Of a DNA stretch of 64,000 nt, positions 1-8,914 are shown one piece after another. The DNA lies in assembly GCA_963677485.1 (NCBI GenBank), contig OY781964.1, forward strand, positions 1,152,001-1,216,000. The letters are read 5' to 3'. The position numbers and the translations under genes are program-made. The DNA is from Armatimonadota bacterium (GTDB taxonomy: Bacteria > Armatimonadota > HRBIN16). The notes below the pieces were generated by a model. That model saw only the letters and a program-made list of their open reading frames with translations. It was not told the origin of the DNA and did no database searches. Every line of letters begins with the position of its first letter. Positions within the stretch are counted from its first letter, which is position 1.

Positions 1-2
1 AT

Positions 3-1139
3 CCCGAGTGGAAAGTGCGCACGCAGCGCATGTTCGAACTGGGACTGGGCAAGTTGATTGACATCTTCAGCATCCACTACAGCGACAGTGCGGCAACACT
101 GGATGCATGGCAGCAGTTCCGTAGAAGCTTCAGCCTGAACCAGCCGATTTGGAACAGCGAAGAGATATCTGTGGTACCGCTGGAGAACCTCAAGCGCGGT
201 ATCCGCTCCTTCAAGTTCCTGCATGTGGATGCGGGCTATCCGCAATACCGTGCGATGCTGCAGAAGGACTGGAGCATCACCGCAGCCGGTGTGGGATACG
301 CCACGGCCGCACGTCTGATCGGCTCCAAGCCGTTCGAGAGTGAAAAGACCATCGGACCGTTTAGTGTGTTCACCTTCGGCAAAGATCAACCCGTGTCGGT
401 GATCCGCCAGAACGCCAATGCACCCGGGAGGGCGAAGTTGCTGGACAACTCCACGCTGTTTGAGAAGATCGCCGTCACCGCTACACCAGCATCCGGCCAG
501 ACCGCCCAGGTTTTCGACATACTGGGGCGCAGCACAGCACTGACCAACGGACAAGCCATCGCCGCATTCAACTACGCCGAGGCCAACCCCGAACTTTATC
601 GTAATGTCCCGGTGTCGGAACCCTGCGTGTTCGTCACGGGTGTCAGCCAGATCACCGGCGTCATGGGCATTGCACCAGCAAAGGGGTCAAAAGCGATCGT
701 GGCCGAGGCTGAAGATGGCCGTTTCAGCTCCCAGTGGCAGCTGAGTAACGCATCTGGCTGGTCTGGAGGGAGTTATCTGTCGCTTTTTACAGACGATGAA
801 CCTGACAGCCAGGGGTATACCGTGATCCTTAGCTTCGACATCAGGGAAAAAGGCGAATATGAGCTATTCTTCTCCGGCAATGCGCTCTCGCGGCTGAGCA
901 CCCCGCGCTCGCTATCGCCATTCACCTGGCAGATCGATGCCGGTGAGCAGCACCTCGCCGACAACGGCCTGCCCATGAGCGCCACCACCGGCGCACCGGA
1001 GGGGTTGAGCAAGCTGGGCCGAGTGTCACTCGACGCCGGTTCACATAGCTTCACGCTGCGCCTGACGGGGCGTCGCGATGTGCCGGATACCCACTACGCG
1101 CCCTGGTTCGACGCCATCGGGCTGGTGAAGGCGGATTGA
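3..1139 (+). CDS. 5'-truncated protein: class I SAM-dependent methyltransferase-like segment fused to a C-terminal carbohydrate-binding-module-like beta-sandwich
   Basis: Frame is open from the window edge. 'FKFLHVDAGY' resembles the Methyltransf_24 'FDLIHIDG' motif. The C-terminus (VAEAED...GEYELFF...LDAGSHSFTLR...WFDAIGL) resembles CBM6/35-like modules. Confidence 0.5.
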   Translation, partial: PEWKVRTQRMFELGLGKLIDIFSIHYSDSAATLDAWQQFRRSFSLNQPIWNSEEISVVPLENLKRGIRSFKFLHVDAGYPQYRAMLQKDWSITAAGVGYATAARLIGSKPFESEKTIGPFSVFTFGKDQPVSVIRQNANAPGRAKLLDNSTLFEKIAVTATPASGQTAQVFDILGRSTALTNGQAIAAFNYAEANPELYRNVPVSEPCVFVTGVSQITGVMGIAPAKGSKAIVAEAEDGRFSSQWQLSNASGWSGGSYLSLFTDDEPDSQGYTVILSFDIREKGEYELFFSGNALSRLSTPRSLSPFTWQIDAGEQHLADNGLPMSATTGAPEGLSKLGRVSLDAGSHSFTLRLTGRRDVPDTHYAPWFDAIGLVKAD

Positions 1140-1151
1140 GGCCGATTCAAG

Positions 1152-1173
1152 GGGCAGCCCCCTGTGGCTGCCC
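1152..1173. repeat. REP-like palindrome (GGGCAGCC-N6-GGCTGCCC) between convergent genes
   Basis: Same hairpin type at 27615-27636 (GGGCAACC-CCCCGT-GGTTGCCC). Related GTAG-type REP at ~40168-40190. Confidence 0.6.
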
Positions 1174-1207
1174 ACGAAGGTTACAGGCCGCGGTTTCCGT
1201 GCCCCTC

Positions 1208-3967
1208 TCACTCCGCTGTCGGTTTGCAGTATATCCGCCAACGCACCATTTCAGAGGCATCACCCCACAGACCACCCTTCTGTATCTCCAGGCGTAAGTA
1301 GCGTGTGGTGACCGTGGGCAGCGGGTCCTGGGCGTCGAAATTGGTCTTACCTTCGCGGTGGATATCAGAAATGGCCCTCCATGCCTGCCCATCATCTGAG
1401 ATCAGATACCGGTATATCTGCGGGGTATACACGTCCCCGAAGTAGTTGGCACACCGCAACGCGCTGGTGTTGAATGTCTGGGGGGTAGACCAGGAATACT
1501 GCACCCAACGCGGCTTATCATCCCATCGGAGGGTGTAGCTCCCACCGGCGGTCCTGTTGAGCACCTTCGCCTCAGCACTCCGCACAGAACCGGTCACGAC
1601 CGCATCGGGGGCCAGATCAAGTGACGCCAGATCCGGCAGCGCGAGCATATCCTGCAGCACGCCCTCACGATACAGCTTCAGTACCGCAAGGTATTTGCCG
1701 TTCGATGTGGCCTCAGCAAGGCTAAAACCCTCGGTTCTGGGTTTGAAAAGTCGGCTCTCACGCGCGATCCCGTTACCGTCGACCAGGTTAAGGTATAACT
1801 GCTCCGCACCAACCGTGCTGGGTGAAGTCAGCCACACCCGCTCTCCGACCCGCCTCAGCTTGAGCAGCGAGGGCAAAGCCGCGATCACCGCCACATCGCA
1901 AGGCGCGATCTGCATGACGGCCTGTGCACCCTGCCTGGTCTGATCTACCCTGAGAGCGGTGAGGTTCAACAGGTCGACCCAGTGGCGATTAGCCAAAGCC
2001 GGAAGCGCAAGCATCTGCCCCGAAACGGGGTAGTCGTTGTTGTTAAACAGCGTGAAGACGGTCTTCATAGTGCTGGTAAAGCGGTTGCAGTAGACCCCGT
2101 TAGCCAGGGTAGTAACAAGTGGCTTCGGATGCGACTCTGTGAACGCATCGCGGTTATCCCGTTGAATCGAATGGATTCGACCGAGCCAGCTTTCCGGACG
2201 CCCAGCACCCTGCGTTGAAACCATATATCCCGTGCCGTTGAACAGGCAGAGCTTCAACTGGGTGTCGATCTCGCTCTGAGTGCCATCGGGTATGTCCGCG
2301 AATTTAAATTCCGGAAATACAAACCGCATGAAATGCACCGGAATTCGGTGAGCCTCCGGGGAATTCTTCAACTGGACACAGGTGTAGTCTTCCACACCGT
2401 CAAGGTAAGGAAGCAGGCCGTCAACAGCGGGACCTTCTGTATACATGGTAATGTCAGGGTTCACAGTATCAAGGCCGGCCCGCACCTTGCGCAGCAGTTC
2501 GCGGGCACCGTTCATCGCGCCATCCTGCTGAAACCGGCCGGGATTGTGTGCCGGGTTGTCTGATGTGCTTTTGTCGCCTGTTCCCCATCCCACTTCATCC
2601 AGATAGATGGAATCCAGCTTCAGATCCCTCGCCAGGCGGGTGGTTTCGCCTACCAGCCACTTGTGCCAGCCTGGGCTGCACAGCCACATGCACTGGTTGG
2701 CAAACCCCACTTGGAACTCTTTGCCCTGCATCTGCCCCCACTCGGTGCCGTGATCCTTCCAGACCTGCGTGGTCTTGGCGGCAATGTATCCCTCCACATA
2801 GTGGTTTGTCGCAATCCCTCTGCGCTTGCACTCGCTCACGAACCTCTGCAGCTCTGCCAGGCTCCAGTCATCACGGTAACCATAATCACCCAGGATGCGG
2901 TTCTTTTGCACCATGAACTGCATGTAATCGGGGGTGGGCTGTTTGTCCAGTTCGGCCAGCGCGGCATCGCAGTTCGGCTGCGCGAACAGGTCGAAGGAGC
3001 TGTGCAGGAAGCTCAACTTGGCACCTCTGTCGCGGGGTTTATACCATGTGTCGACCCAGTTACGGTAGCTCCTCAACGCATCACGCCAGTCACCGGCTCC
3101 GATACCAATCACCACCGAGGGCACAGAATAGGACTTGCCGGTCTGAAGCGGTATACGCATCCAGTTCACGGCCATGCCGATCCCTTCAGTCGCTTTGAGC
3201 GAGTTCGAAAACGGAAAGCCGTAGTCATCACGCAGTTTGATGGGGTTCACGCCCCTCTCGCGCTTGGTCAGCTCGTAGGATTTCCGCATCATGCTGCAGT
3301 CATGAGTGACCACATAGATACCGGCGGGGCGGTTCACGCCAGCCCCAGATGGATGATAAACATCCATTACCTGCATCCTGGCATACTGGCCGTAGGTTGT
3401 TGCCAATTCGATAGGTATGTCGTTCAACAGACCGCTGAACCGCGGGTGGAAATAGTATGCTTCCTCTGGCTTCGGGCCGATCTTGAGACCATCCAATACC
3501 GGAAACGCGAAGGTGGCGTCGAGTTCGCCGTTTGACTTGAGGGAGAAACACCACGTGCTTTCGAGGGTCGCATTCGTATCAATGAGCAGGTTTACCTCAA
3601 GCAGACGGTTGTCGGACTTCCAGAGCATATTCCAGGTTGTGGTGCTTCCTTTCGCCGTTCGGACGGTCTTGATGCTCCGAGTGGTGAAGTCCAGCGAGCT
3701 GATGTTCCGATTTCTGGCCTTCTGCTGGGGCGAAGGTTTGGCCTCGCGAAGTGTCGCGGCGAAGAACGGCTGAGGCACGCGCGGTTGGTAGATCGTGCTG
3801 AAGCGTCCCATGCTGCGATTTTCGATCGAGGCCACGCTGGGTTTCGTGCTGTCCAGAGTGATCTTGTAGTGCGCGTTGGACAGTTCGGTATTCGGTGTGG
3901 CGGTTACTGAGACCGAGGCAAGTGTGACAAGTGCGGTGATAATAATTACGATGGTGTGGGTTCGCAT
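1208..3967 (-). CDS. Secreted glycoside-hydrolase-like protein (DUF6259-like TIM barrel) with C-terminal discoidin/F5-8 type C domain
   Basis: N-terminal signal peptide, 'DSIYLDEVG' and 'MYTEG' motifs, C-terminal 'YRYLISDDGQAW...TTRYLRLEI' discoidin motif. RBS AGGAG upstream. Confidence 0.6.
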   Translation of the reverse strand: MRTHTIVIIITALVTLASVSVTATPNTELSNAHYKITLDSTKPSVASIENRSMGRFSTIYQPRVPQPFFAATLREAKPSPQQKARNRNISSLDFTTRSIKTVRTAKGSTTTWNMLWKSDNRLLEVNLLIDTNATLESTWCFSLKSNGELDATFAFPVLDGLKIGPKPEEAYYFHPRFSGLLNDIPIELATTYGQYARMQVMDVYHPSGAGVNRPAGIYVVTHDCSMMRKSYELTKRERGVNPIKLRDDYGFPFSNSLKATEGIGMAVNWMRIPLQTGKSYSVPSVVIGIGAGDWRDALRSYRNWVDTWYKPRDRGAKLSFLHSSFDLFAQPNCDAALAELDKQPTPDYMQFMVQKNRILGDYGYRDDWSLAELQRFVSECKRRGIATNHYVEGYIAAKTTQVWKDHGTEWGQMQGKEFQVGFANQCMWLCSPGWHKWLVGETTRLARDLKLDSIYLDEVGWGTGDKSTSDNPAHNPGRFQQDGAMNGARELLRKVRAGLDTVNPDITMYTEGPAVDGLLPYLDGVEDYTCVQLKNSPEAHRIPVHFMRFVFPEFKFADIPDGTQSEIDTQLKLCLFNGTGYMVSTQGAGRPESWLGRIHSIQRDNRDAFTESHPKPLVTTLANGVYCNRFTSTMKTVFTLFNNNDYPVSGQMLALPALANRHWVDLLNLTALRVDQTRQGAQAVMQIAPCDVAVIAALPSLLKLRRVGERVWLTSPSTVGAEQLYLNLVDGNGIARESRLFKPRTEGFSLAEATSNGKYLAVLKLYREGVLQDMLALPDLASLDLAPDAVVTGSVRSAEAKVLNRTAGGSYTLRWDDKPRWVQYSWSTPQTFNTSALRCANYFGDVYTPQIYRYLISDDGQAWRAISDIHREGKTNFDAQDPLPTVTTRYLRLEIQKGGLWGDASEMVRWRIYCKPTAE

Positions 3968-4112
3968 AGCTGCTCCTGCATATGACGGATTGGATGATAC
4001 ATCATTTTACCCGTTTCGCCGCTGTGTGGGGTTGGGTTGATAGCGGGGCGGGTATTTGCAGGTGGTGTGATCCTGTCGCGTCATCAATGCCAATCTATGA
4101 CACACATATCAG

Positions 4113-4280
4113 CCCCCGTCCCGCGCCCTAAAGGACACGGCTTCTTACCCGAAAAGCCGGCTAGAAGCCGGCTGCAGGGCATCCCCCAGTCAGTGTGCGG
4201 CTGATGTATGGTGGCGGCACCCTGACTGCTTCAGCAATTTTTTTCAACAATAGCCGAGATATTTATGTCGCGGAATCGGG
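4113..4280. repeat. REP/MITE family A copy
   Basis: CCGCGCCCTAAAGGACACGGCTTCTTACCCGAAAAGCCGGC and TAGCCGAGATATTTATGTCGCGGAATCGG modules are shared with 23463-23603, 35431-35760 and 54953-55038. Confidence 0.75.
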
Positions 4281-4364
4281 TAACGGATGCCCCTATTATA
4301 GTGCAATCGTATTTAGTATAATAGTCCGTCGCCTTATTATACGATGCGATAATAACGCCCCCGC

Positions 4365-5780
4365 TCACGCCGTGGCGGGCACGCCAGTCCCCACCCTGCG
4401 CCCAATGGCGTAGCACACGGCCGCAACGATCAGCCCGGGGTACATCGGCTGGATGTCCGCTGGGAACACCGGCCAGGTCGACGAGCCATGCGCAATGCCC
4501 ACCCCCAGCCAGATGCTGGAGACCACCGGACCTAAAACCATAGCTGCAAGCACCCACTTGCTATGGGCCCGCCCCGTCTGCCAGTAGCTGCCCAGCAGTG
4601 GGATCAACAGCCCGGGGATACACACCGTGCCCAGCAGATACCACAATCCGATCACGCTCTGCACTTTCCACGCCAGGAATATCGCCAGAGTGCTGACCAC
4701 CGCGATGCTCCACTTCGTCCATAGCTGCGCCACGTCCTCATTGTTGCCCTTGCGGATGCGCCACACCAGGTCGCGTCCAAAAGTCACCGCCGACATAAAG
4801 GTAAAGCTCACCACCGTGCTCATGACCGTGGCGAACATCCCCGCATAAAAGGCACCCTTGGCGCCAGATGGCAGCACCTTCTGAGCCAGCAGAGGGTAGG
4901 CGTACATCGGCTGGTCGATATGCCCCAGAATCGCCCGGCTGTAGAGGCCTGCTGTGGTGGTCATGAAGTCAAACAGAATCCAGAACAGGATACTCACCAG
5001 AATGCCTCGCTGGGCCACTTGCGGGCTTTTGGCGGCGGCACAGCGTTGGTGAAAGCCCGGATCGACCAGTGTCTGCATGGCGATGAAGAACCACACGATG
5101 GCATACGACAGGCTGTTACCGCCCAGCCAGGTGAGGTGCAGCGGGGGTAGATGCGCTTTCAGGTAGCCGTATCCGCCGTAGGTATGGAAAAGGAACGGAA
5201 GGATCACAGCGAATCCCGCGAACATGAAGATGAACTGCAGGATGTTCACCCGCACATCGCTGAGGAAACCGCCCTTGAATATGGTCAGAACGCTCAGAAG
5301 GGTGCCGCACGCCAGGCAAACCAGCATCGGCCAGCCAAACACCAGTTTGAACAGCACACCGATGATCAGCACATAAGGAGCCGGGTTGACCAGCAGAAAA
5401 GTAAGTATGGCGCCCGCCAGCCCGCAGCGTTCGCCAAACGCCTTGCGCAACTGATCGGGGATGGTCACCGCTCCGCCTGTCCGCACCTTCGGTGCCAGCC
5501 ATGCCGCGTAGATCAGCGCGAAGATGTAATAGGGCACGCCCATCACAGTCCAGTTGCTCAAGCCAGAGCCGTAGCTCCACTCCCCCACCCCAAGGATACC
5601 GCCATACCATGTAGCCACCAGTGTAGCCACAAACGCCGGCATGGTGAGAGCGCGTCCGGCCAGCAGATAGCCCTCGGAATCGTGTTTGCGTAACTGCCTC
5701 TGAGCCAGCCAGCCCACCAGCACCGCGCTGAGCATAAACAAAGTGATGACGGCGATATCTACCGCACTAAAAGTTACCAT
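4365..5780 (-). CDS. Sodium:solute symporter (SSS) family transporter, probable thiamine or thiamine-precursor importer
   Basis: About 13 hydrophobic segments. SSS motifs 'YLLAGRAL', 'TIPDQL', 'QRCAAAKS'. Last gene of a TPP-riboswitch operon; its start overlaps the thiN stop. Confidence 0.85.
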   Translation of the reverse strand: MVTFSAVDIAVITLFMLSAVLVGWLAQRQLRKHDSEGYLLAGRALTMPAFVATLVATWYGGILGVGEWSYGSGLSNWTVMGVPYYIFALIYAAWLAPKVRTGGAVTIPDQLRKAFGERCGLAGAILTFLLVNPAPYVLIIGVLFKLVFGWPMLVCLACGTLLSVLTIFKGGFLSDVRVNILQFIFMFAGFAVILPFLFHTYGGYGYLKAHLPPLHLTWLGGNSLSYAIVWFFIAMQTLVDPGFHQRCAAAKSPQVAQRGILVSILFWILFDFMTTTAGLYSRAILGHIDQPMYAYPLLAQKVLPSGAKGAFYAGMFATVMSTVVSFTFMSAVTFGRDLVWRIRKGNNEDVAQLWTKWSIAVVSTLAIFLAWKVQSVIGLWYLLGTVCIPGLLIPLLGSYWQTGRAHSKWVLAAMVLGPVVSSIWLGVGIAHGSSTWPVFPADIQPMYPGLIVAAVCYAIGRRVGTGVPATA

Positions 5781-6424
5781 TCCCAGTCAATACCTTCCAT
5801 TTCGGTGTGCATGTGTACCACAATCAATCGACCTGCGCGAAATACTACGGTGACCCGCTCTTGCGTCGCTTCGTTGCTAACTCCGCGTGTGCCCATGGGC
5901 AGAGTCTCATCGCACAACGGCCACTTCAAACCGGATGTGCAGACACCCTCCGCCTGCGGCAGGCCAAACAGCGACACAGTCTGTCCCGCTATCGTATGCA
6001 GCTCCAACGGTTCGGAAGCACAAGGAACGTAGATGCCTTCGTTGTCTGACACCATGCGAAGTGATAGCTGATCGGCCCAGTTGGACGCACAAAGCAGGTT
6101 CCCCAGCTCATGATCCAGCCGTCGGCCGGTGCCACCAAGGATGGTGACACGGGCCGACGGGTAAGACGAATAGATCGCGGTAAGGGATTTCTCAAGGTCG
6201 GTGTTCTCTTGAGTCTCCACTTTACAGAGGCAGTGCCGATACATCGTCGCGAGACCGGGGGAGAGTGAGTCGATGTCTCCCACGATCAGGTTTGGCTCCA
6301 CTCCGGCATCCAGCAGGTGGCGGGCGCCGTTGTCGGCAGCCACTACCAACTCGGAATACCTGGCACAGCGTTGGGTCAGCTCCACAGATGGAGGCTGACC
6401 GTTGAGCATCAGCAGCACTCGCAT
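5774..6424 (-). CDS. thiN: Thiamine pyrophosphokinase
   Basis: Motifs 'AADNGA', 'GDIDS', 'QENTDLEK', 'GGTGRRLDHELGN', 'GLKWPL', 'GVSNE'. Confidence 0.95.
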   Translation of the reverse strand: MRVLLMLNGQPPSVELTQRCARYSELVVAADNGARHLLDAGVEPNLIVGDIDSLSPGLATMYRHCLCKVETQENTDLEKSLTAIYSSYPSARVTILGGTGRRLDHELGNLLCASNWADQLSLRMVSDNEGIYVPCASEPLELHTIAGQTVSLFGLPQAEGVCTSGLKWPLCDETLPMGTRGVSNEATQERVTVVFRAGRLIVVHMHTEMEGIDWEW

Positions 6425-7171
6425 CTAGTCACACGCCCAGAAGTCGTCACCGCTGACCATACCCTCGACGCTGGTGCGGGAAGCATCAAATGCGCCGGAA
6501 CTCGTGATGAACTTGGCATGACCGTCGGCGAATATCATCGTGCCGCCCATGGGGTGCCACATGCTGTAGTAGTCGTAGGGATAGTCGCCGTCATAGCCAT
6601 ATTTATCACTGCCAGGCGAGGTGCGGCTGAAGAAGGGGAATATCTCGTCGCGGATGATCCGCGTCTCAGATGGGTAGGCGAAGCTGTCCAGGCTGACATC
6701 CCGCGCCTGCCAACCGGCCCCGGTGCAGACGTCCGCATTGTTCTGCGTCGACTCGCCGCAGACTATCGAATAGGCGCAGTGGCTGAAGCGGTAGCTGGAG
6801 CCGTAGGCTTGGAGATAGCTGTGCGATCCAGGCACATCGCGTCCCTGGAACGGGGTGCCCCTGTCACTGGGACAGCCGAATACATTCTTGGCTTTGCAGT
6901 AAGGCAGCAGCTCCACCTCAATGCCCTTATGGCCACTCTTGCCTGGGCCTGGATCACTGTTATATGCGTAGAAGATGGGCATCACACCATCTGAGTCTTC
7001 TGCGTACATCATAACGGCTAGACCTATCTGCTTGCCGTTACTCAGGCAGGCGGTCGCTTTGGCTTTTTCTCGTGCTTGTGCGAATACAGGGAAAAGTATG
7101 GCCGCCAGGATTGCGATGATCGCGATCACCACCAGCAGCTCTATCAATGTGAAAGCTGAGTTCCGTTTCAT
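6425..7171 (-). CDS. Prepilin-type N-terminal cleavage/methylation protein with DUF1559 (SBP_bac_10) and H-X9-DG domains
   Basis: MKRNSA|[31 protein letters not shown], '[11 protein letters not shown]', '[15 protein letters not shown]'. ATG at 7171 with GGAGG RBS. Stop abuts the thiN ATG. Confidence 0.92.
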   Translation of the reverse strand: MKRNSAFTLIELLVVIAIIAILAAILFPVFAQAREKAKATACLSNGKQIGLAVMMYAEDSDGVMPIFYAYNSDPGPGKSGHKGIEVELLPYCKAKNVFGCPSDRGTPFQGRDVPGSHSYLQAYGSSYRFSHCAYSIVCGESTQNNADVCTGAGWQARDVSLDSFAYPSETRIIRDEIFPFFSRTSPGSDKYGYDGDYPYDYYSMWHPMGGTMIFADGHAKFITSSGAFDASRTSVEGMVSGDDFWACD

Positions 7172-7189
7172 GTTAGTATATACCTCCAG

Positions 7190-7233
7190 AAAGCGAAAAC
7201 ACCACCACGCTCCTGAAGGAAGCGTCGGTGGTG
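7190..7233 (-). terminator. Intrinsic terminator forming the expression platform of the TPP riboswitch
   Basis: Minus strand CACCACCGACGCTTCC-TTCA-GGAGCGTGGTGGTG followed by TTTTCGCTTT, lying between the aptamer and the first start codon. Confidence 0.75.
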
Positions 7234-7250
7234 AGAACTCAACCATGCGA

Positions 7251-7333
7251 CCGCCTTCCTACACCGGTACTGACCGGGTCAGGTTCCAAGGGTTTTCCCA
7301 ATTGGGATCTCAGCCGGATGGCTCCCCTGGCGG
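7251..7333 (-). ncRNA. TPP (THI-box) riboswitch
   Basis: Minus strand CCGCC-AGGGGAGCC...GGCTGAGA...ACCCTTGGAACCTGACCCGGTCAGTACCGGTGTAGGAA-GGCGG carries the conserved TPP cores (GCTGAGA, ACCTGA, TACC..GTAGGAA) and a P1 CCGCC/GGCGG helix. It lies upstream of thiN. Confidence 0.95.
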
Positions 7334-7368
7334 CTCACTCCATTGCGGGGGTGAACTTCGCTACTTCC

Positions 7369-7377
7369 ATTATACCA
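7369..7377 (-). promoter_or_regulatory. Extended -10 promoter (TGGTATAAT) for the thiamine operon
   Basis: TGnTATAAT on the minus strand about 35 nt upstream of the aptamer. Confidence 0.55.
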
Positions 7378-7400
7378 TTTCGGAACTTATCAATCCTCCG

Positions 7401-8804
7401 TTAGTGGGTGTTTCGGCCTGATGACATGCGGTTCGTGCGCCACTCGTTGAGTGCGTAAACTGCGAATATCGCAAGCAATGGCTCAATGGCCATGCGATAC
7501 CGCCACTGCCCTTGAGATAACACTGACAGGTTAGCAAACAGAATCACACTAACCACCAGGGCAGCCATATTACGCATCACCGGCTTTTTCAATGCACACA
7601 CCAAACCCCACAGCCCGCATAACACCATGACCGCCCAATATATCACTGACGCCAGTATAAACAGATATCTCCCGATCACAGGCGCATCGGCCGGTACGAC
7701 CTTGGGATAGATAGTGGCATATGGAGGCACCCAGAAGCGGGCTATACCGCAGGCCACTCCAAAGGCCCAGTCCAGAGGATAGTCTTTGATGATCGCTTTG
7801 CCTATACTTTGGTAATATTCTGCTTGTGCGAACCCATCCATTTCGGCCCCGTTGACTACCGGTGGTGCGGGATCCACCAGCCAGGCGGATGTCGATGTGC
7901 TGTCATTTCCTCTATACATCCAGGAAGGAGCACCATGCTTGCGATTGAGTTCTGCCCAGAAACTAGCCGGCATGGGATACGCTCGGGTATACATATGTGA
8001 TGGCTTAAGCTGGCCGTGAGTTCGGCTCCAATGTATTGCCGCGGCAGTCTTGGCTTCGTAGTTATATGTTTGAATTGCAGGCAGGGAGCTTAACTGTGGC
8101 GTTTTGAAAACAACGTAGTTGCGGATCATCCAACCTGCAGAACCCATGATGGTCAAAATTAACCATGCAACGATGTGGATAGGAACGATACCCATCGGTC
8201 GTTTCTGCACCCAAATATAGATCAAGATCGGAATAACTAACGACAGCATGGAGGGCCGTACTAGAATCGCAAAATCCAGCAGGATGGCACTGATGAACAA
8301 AAGTCGCCAGCCTTTAACCCTGAGCAATAGGAGCAGAGACCATAGAAATAGGAATACGCCGAGGGTCTCAGAAAATAACATCTTTGAGGTGATGATGAAG
8401 GTGGGCGATACGCCTGCTAGCAGTGCCGCAGCGATCGCTTCATTTCTCCCCATCTTATGCAGGGCTAGTAAATACACCAGGTATGAGATGCCGAAGAACA
8501 ACACAGTCTGGATCGAAATGACCGCAAGCACGCTGCCATTGGTCATCGCATATATGGCCGCGACAAATGCAGGATAACCGGGCGTTCGCTTGCATTCGGG
8601 CACCAAAGGCGCAGATAAACAGTAGGAATATGCTCCGTTGTACACCATATTTCGGGCGATACGGTTGTATCCGTCTGCGTCATCATCAAGGGCTGAATGT
8701 TGCAGCATCACACCATACCCCGCAAGCAGATTCAAACCTATTAGTAATAATGCCAGTACAACCCACAACCGCTTAACATGATGTGATTTAACTAATTCTG
8801 CCAT
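7401..8804 (-). CDS. GT-C membrane glycosyltransferase (ArnT/PMT_2, GT39/GT83-like)
   Basis: 'DDDADGYNRIARNM', 'RTPGYPAFVA', 'LFSETL', 'LVRPS', 'WRYRMAIEP' motifs and many TM helices. Confidence 0.75.
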   Translation of the reverse strand: MAELVKSHHVKRLWVVLALLLIGLNLLAGYGVMLQHSALDDDADGYNRIARNMVYNGAYSYCLSAPLVPECKRTPGYPAFVAAIYAMTNGSVLAVISIQTVLFFGISYLVYLLALHKMGRNEAIAAALLAGVSPTFIITSKMLFSETLGVFLFLWSLLLLLRVKGWRLLFISAILLDFAILVRPSMLSLVIPILIYIWVQKRPMGIVPIHIVAWLILTIMGSAGWMIRNYVVFKTPQLSSLPAIQTYNYEAKTAAAIHWSRTHGQLKPSHMYTRAYPMPASFWAELNRKHGAPSWMYRGNDSTSTSAWLVDPAPPVVNGAEMDGFAQAEYYQSIGKAIIKDYPLDWAFGVACGIARFWVPPYATIYPKVVPADAPVIGRYLFILASVIYWAVMVLCGLWGLVCALKKPVMRNMAALVVSVILFANLSVLSQGQWRYRMAIEPLLAIFAVYALNEWRTNRMSSGRNTH

Positions 8805-8914
8805 ATTTATCTCCTATAGAAAAACAAAAAAACAGGATGGCTGCGGATGCGTGGAAGAACCTGACCATGGCAGTGGGCAAAGCTGCTTCGCCCACCACCT
8901 AACCTCATAGTTGC

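Noticed and set aside
7172-7246. Extended N-terminus of the DUF1559 ORF as given in the track (start 7246)
   Set aside because: It overlaps the riboswitch terminator. The real start is the RBS-preceded ATG at 7171, just before the prepilin cleavage site.
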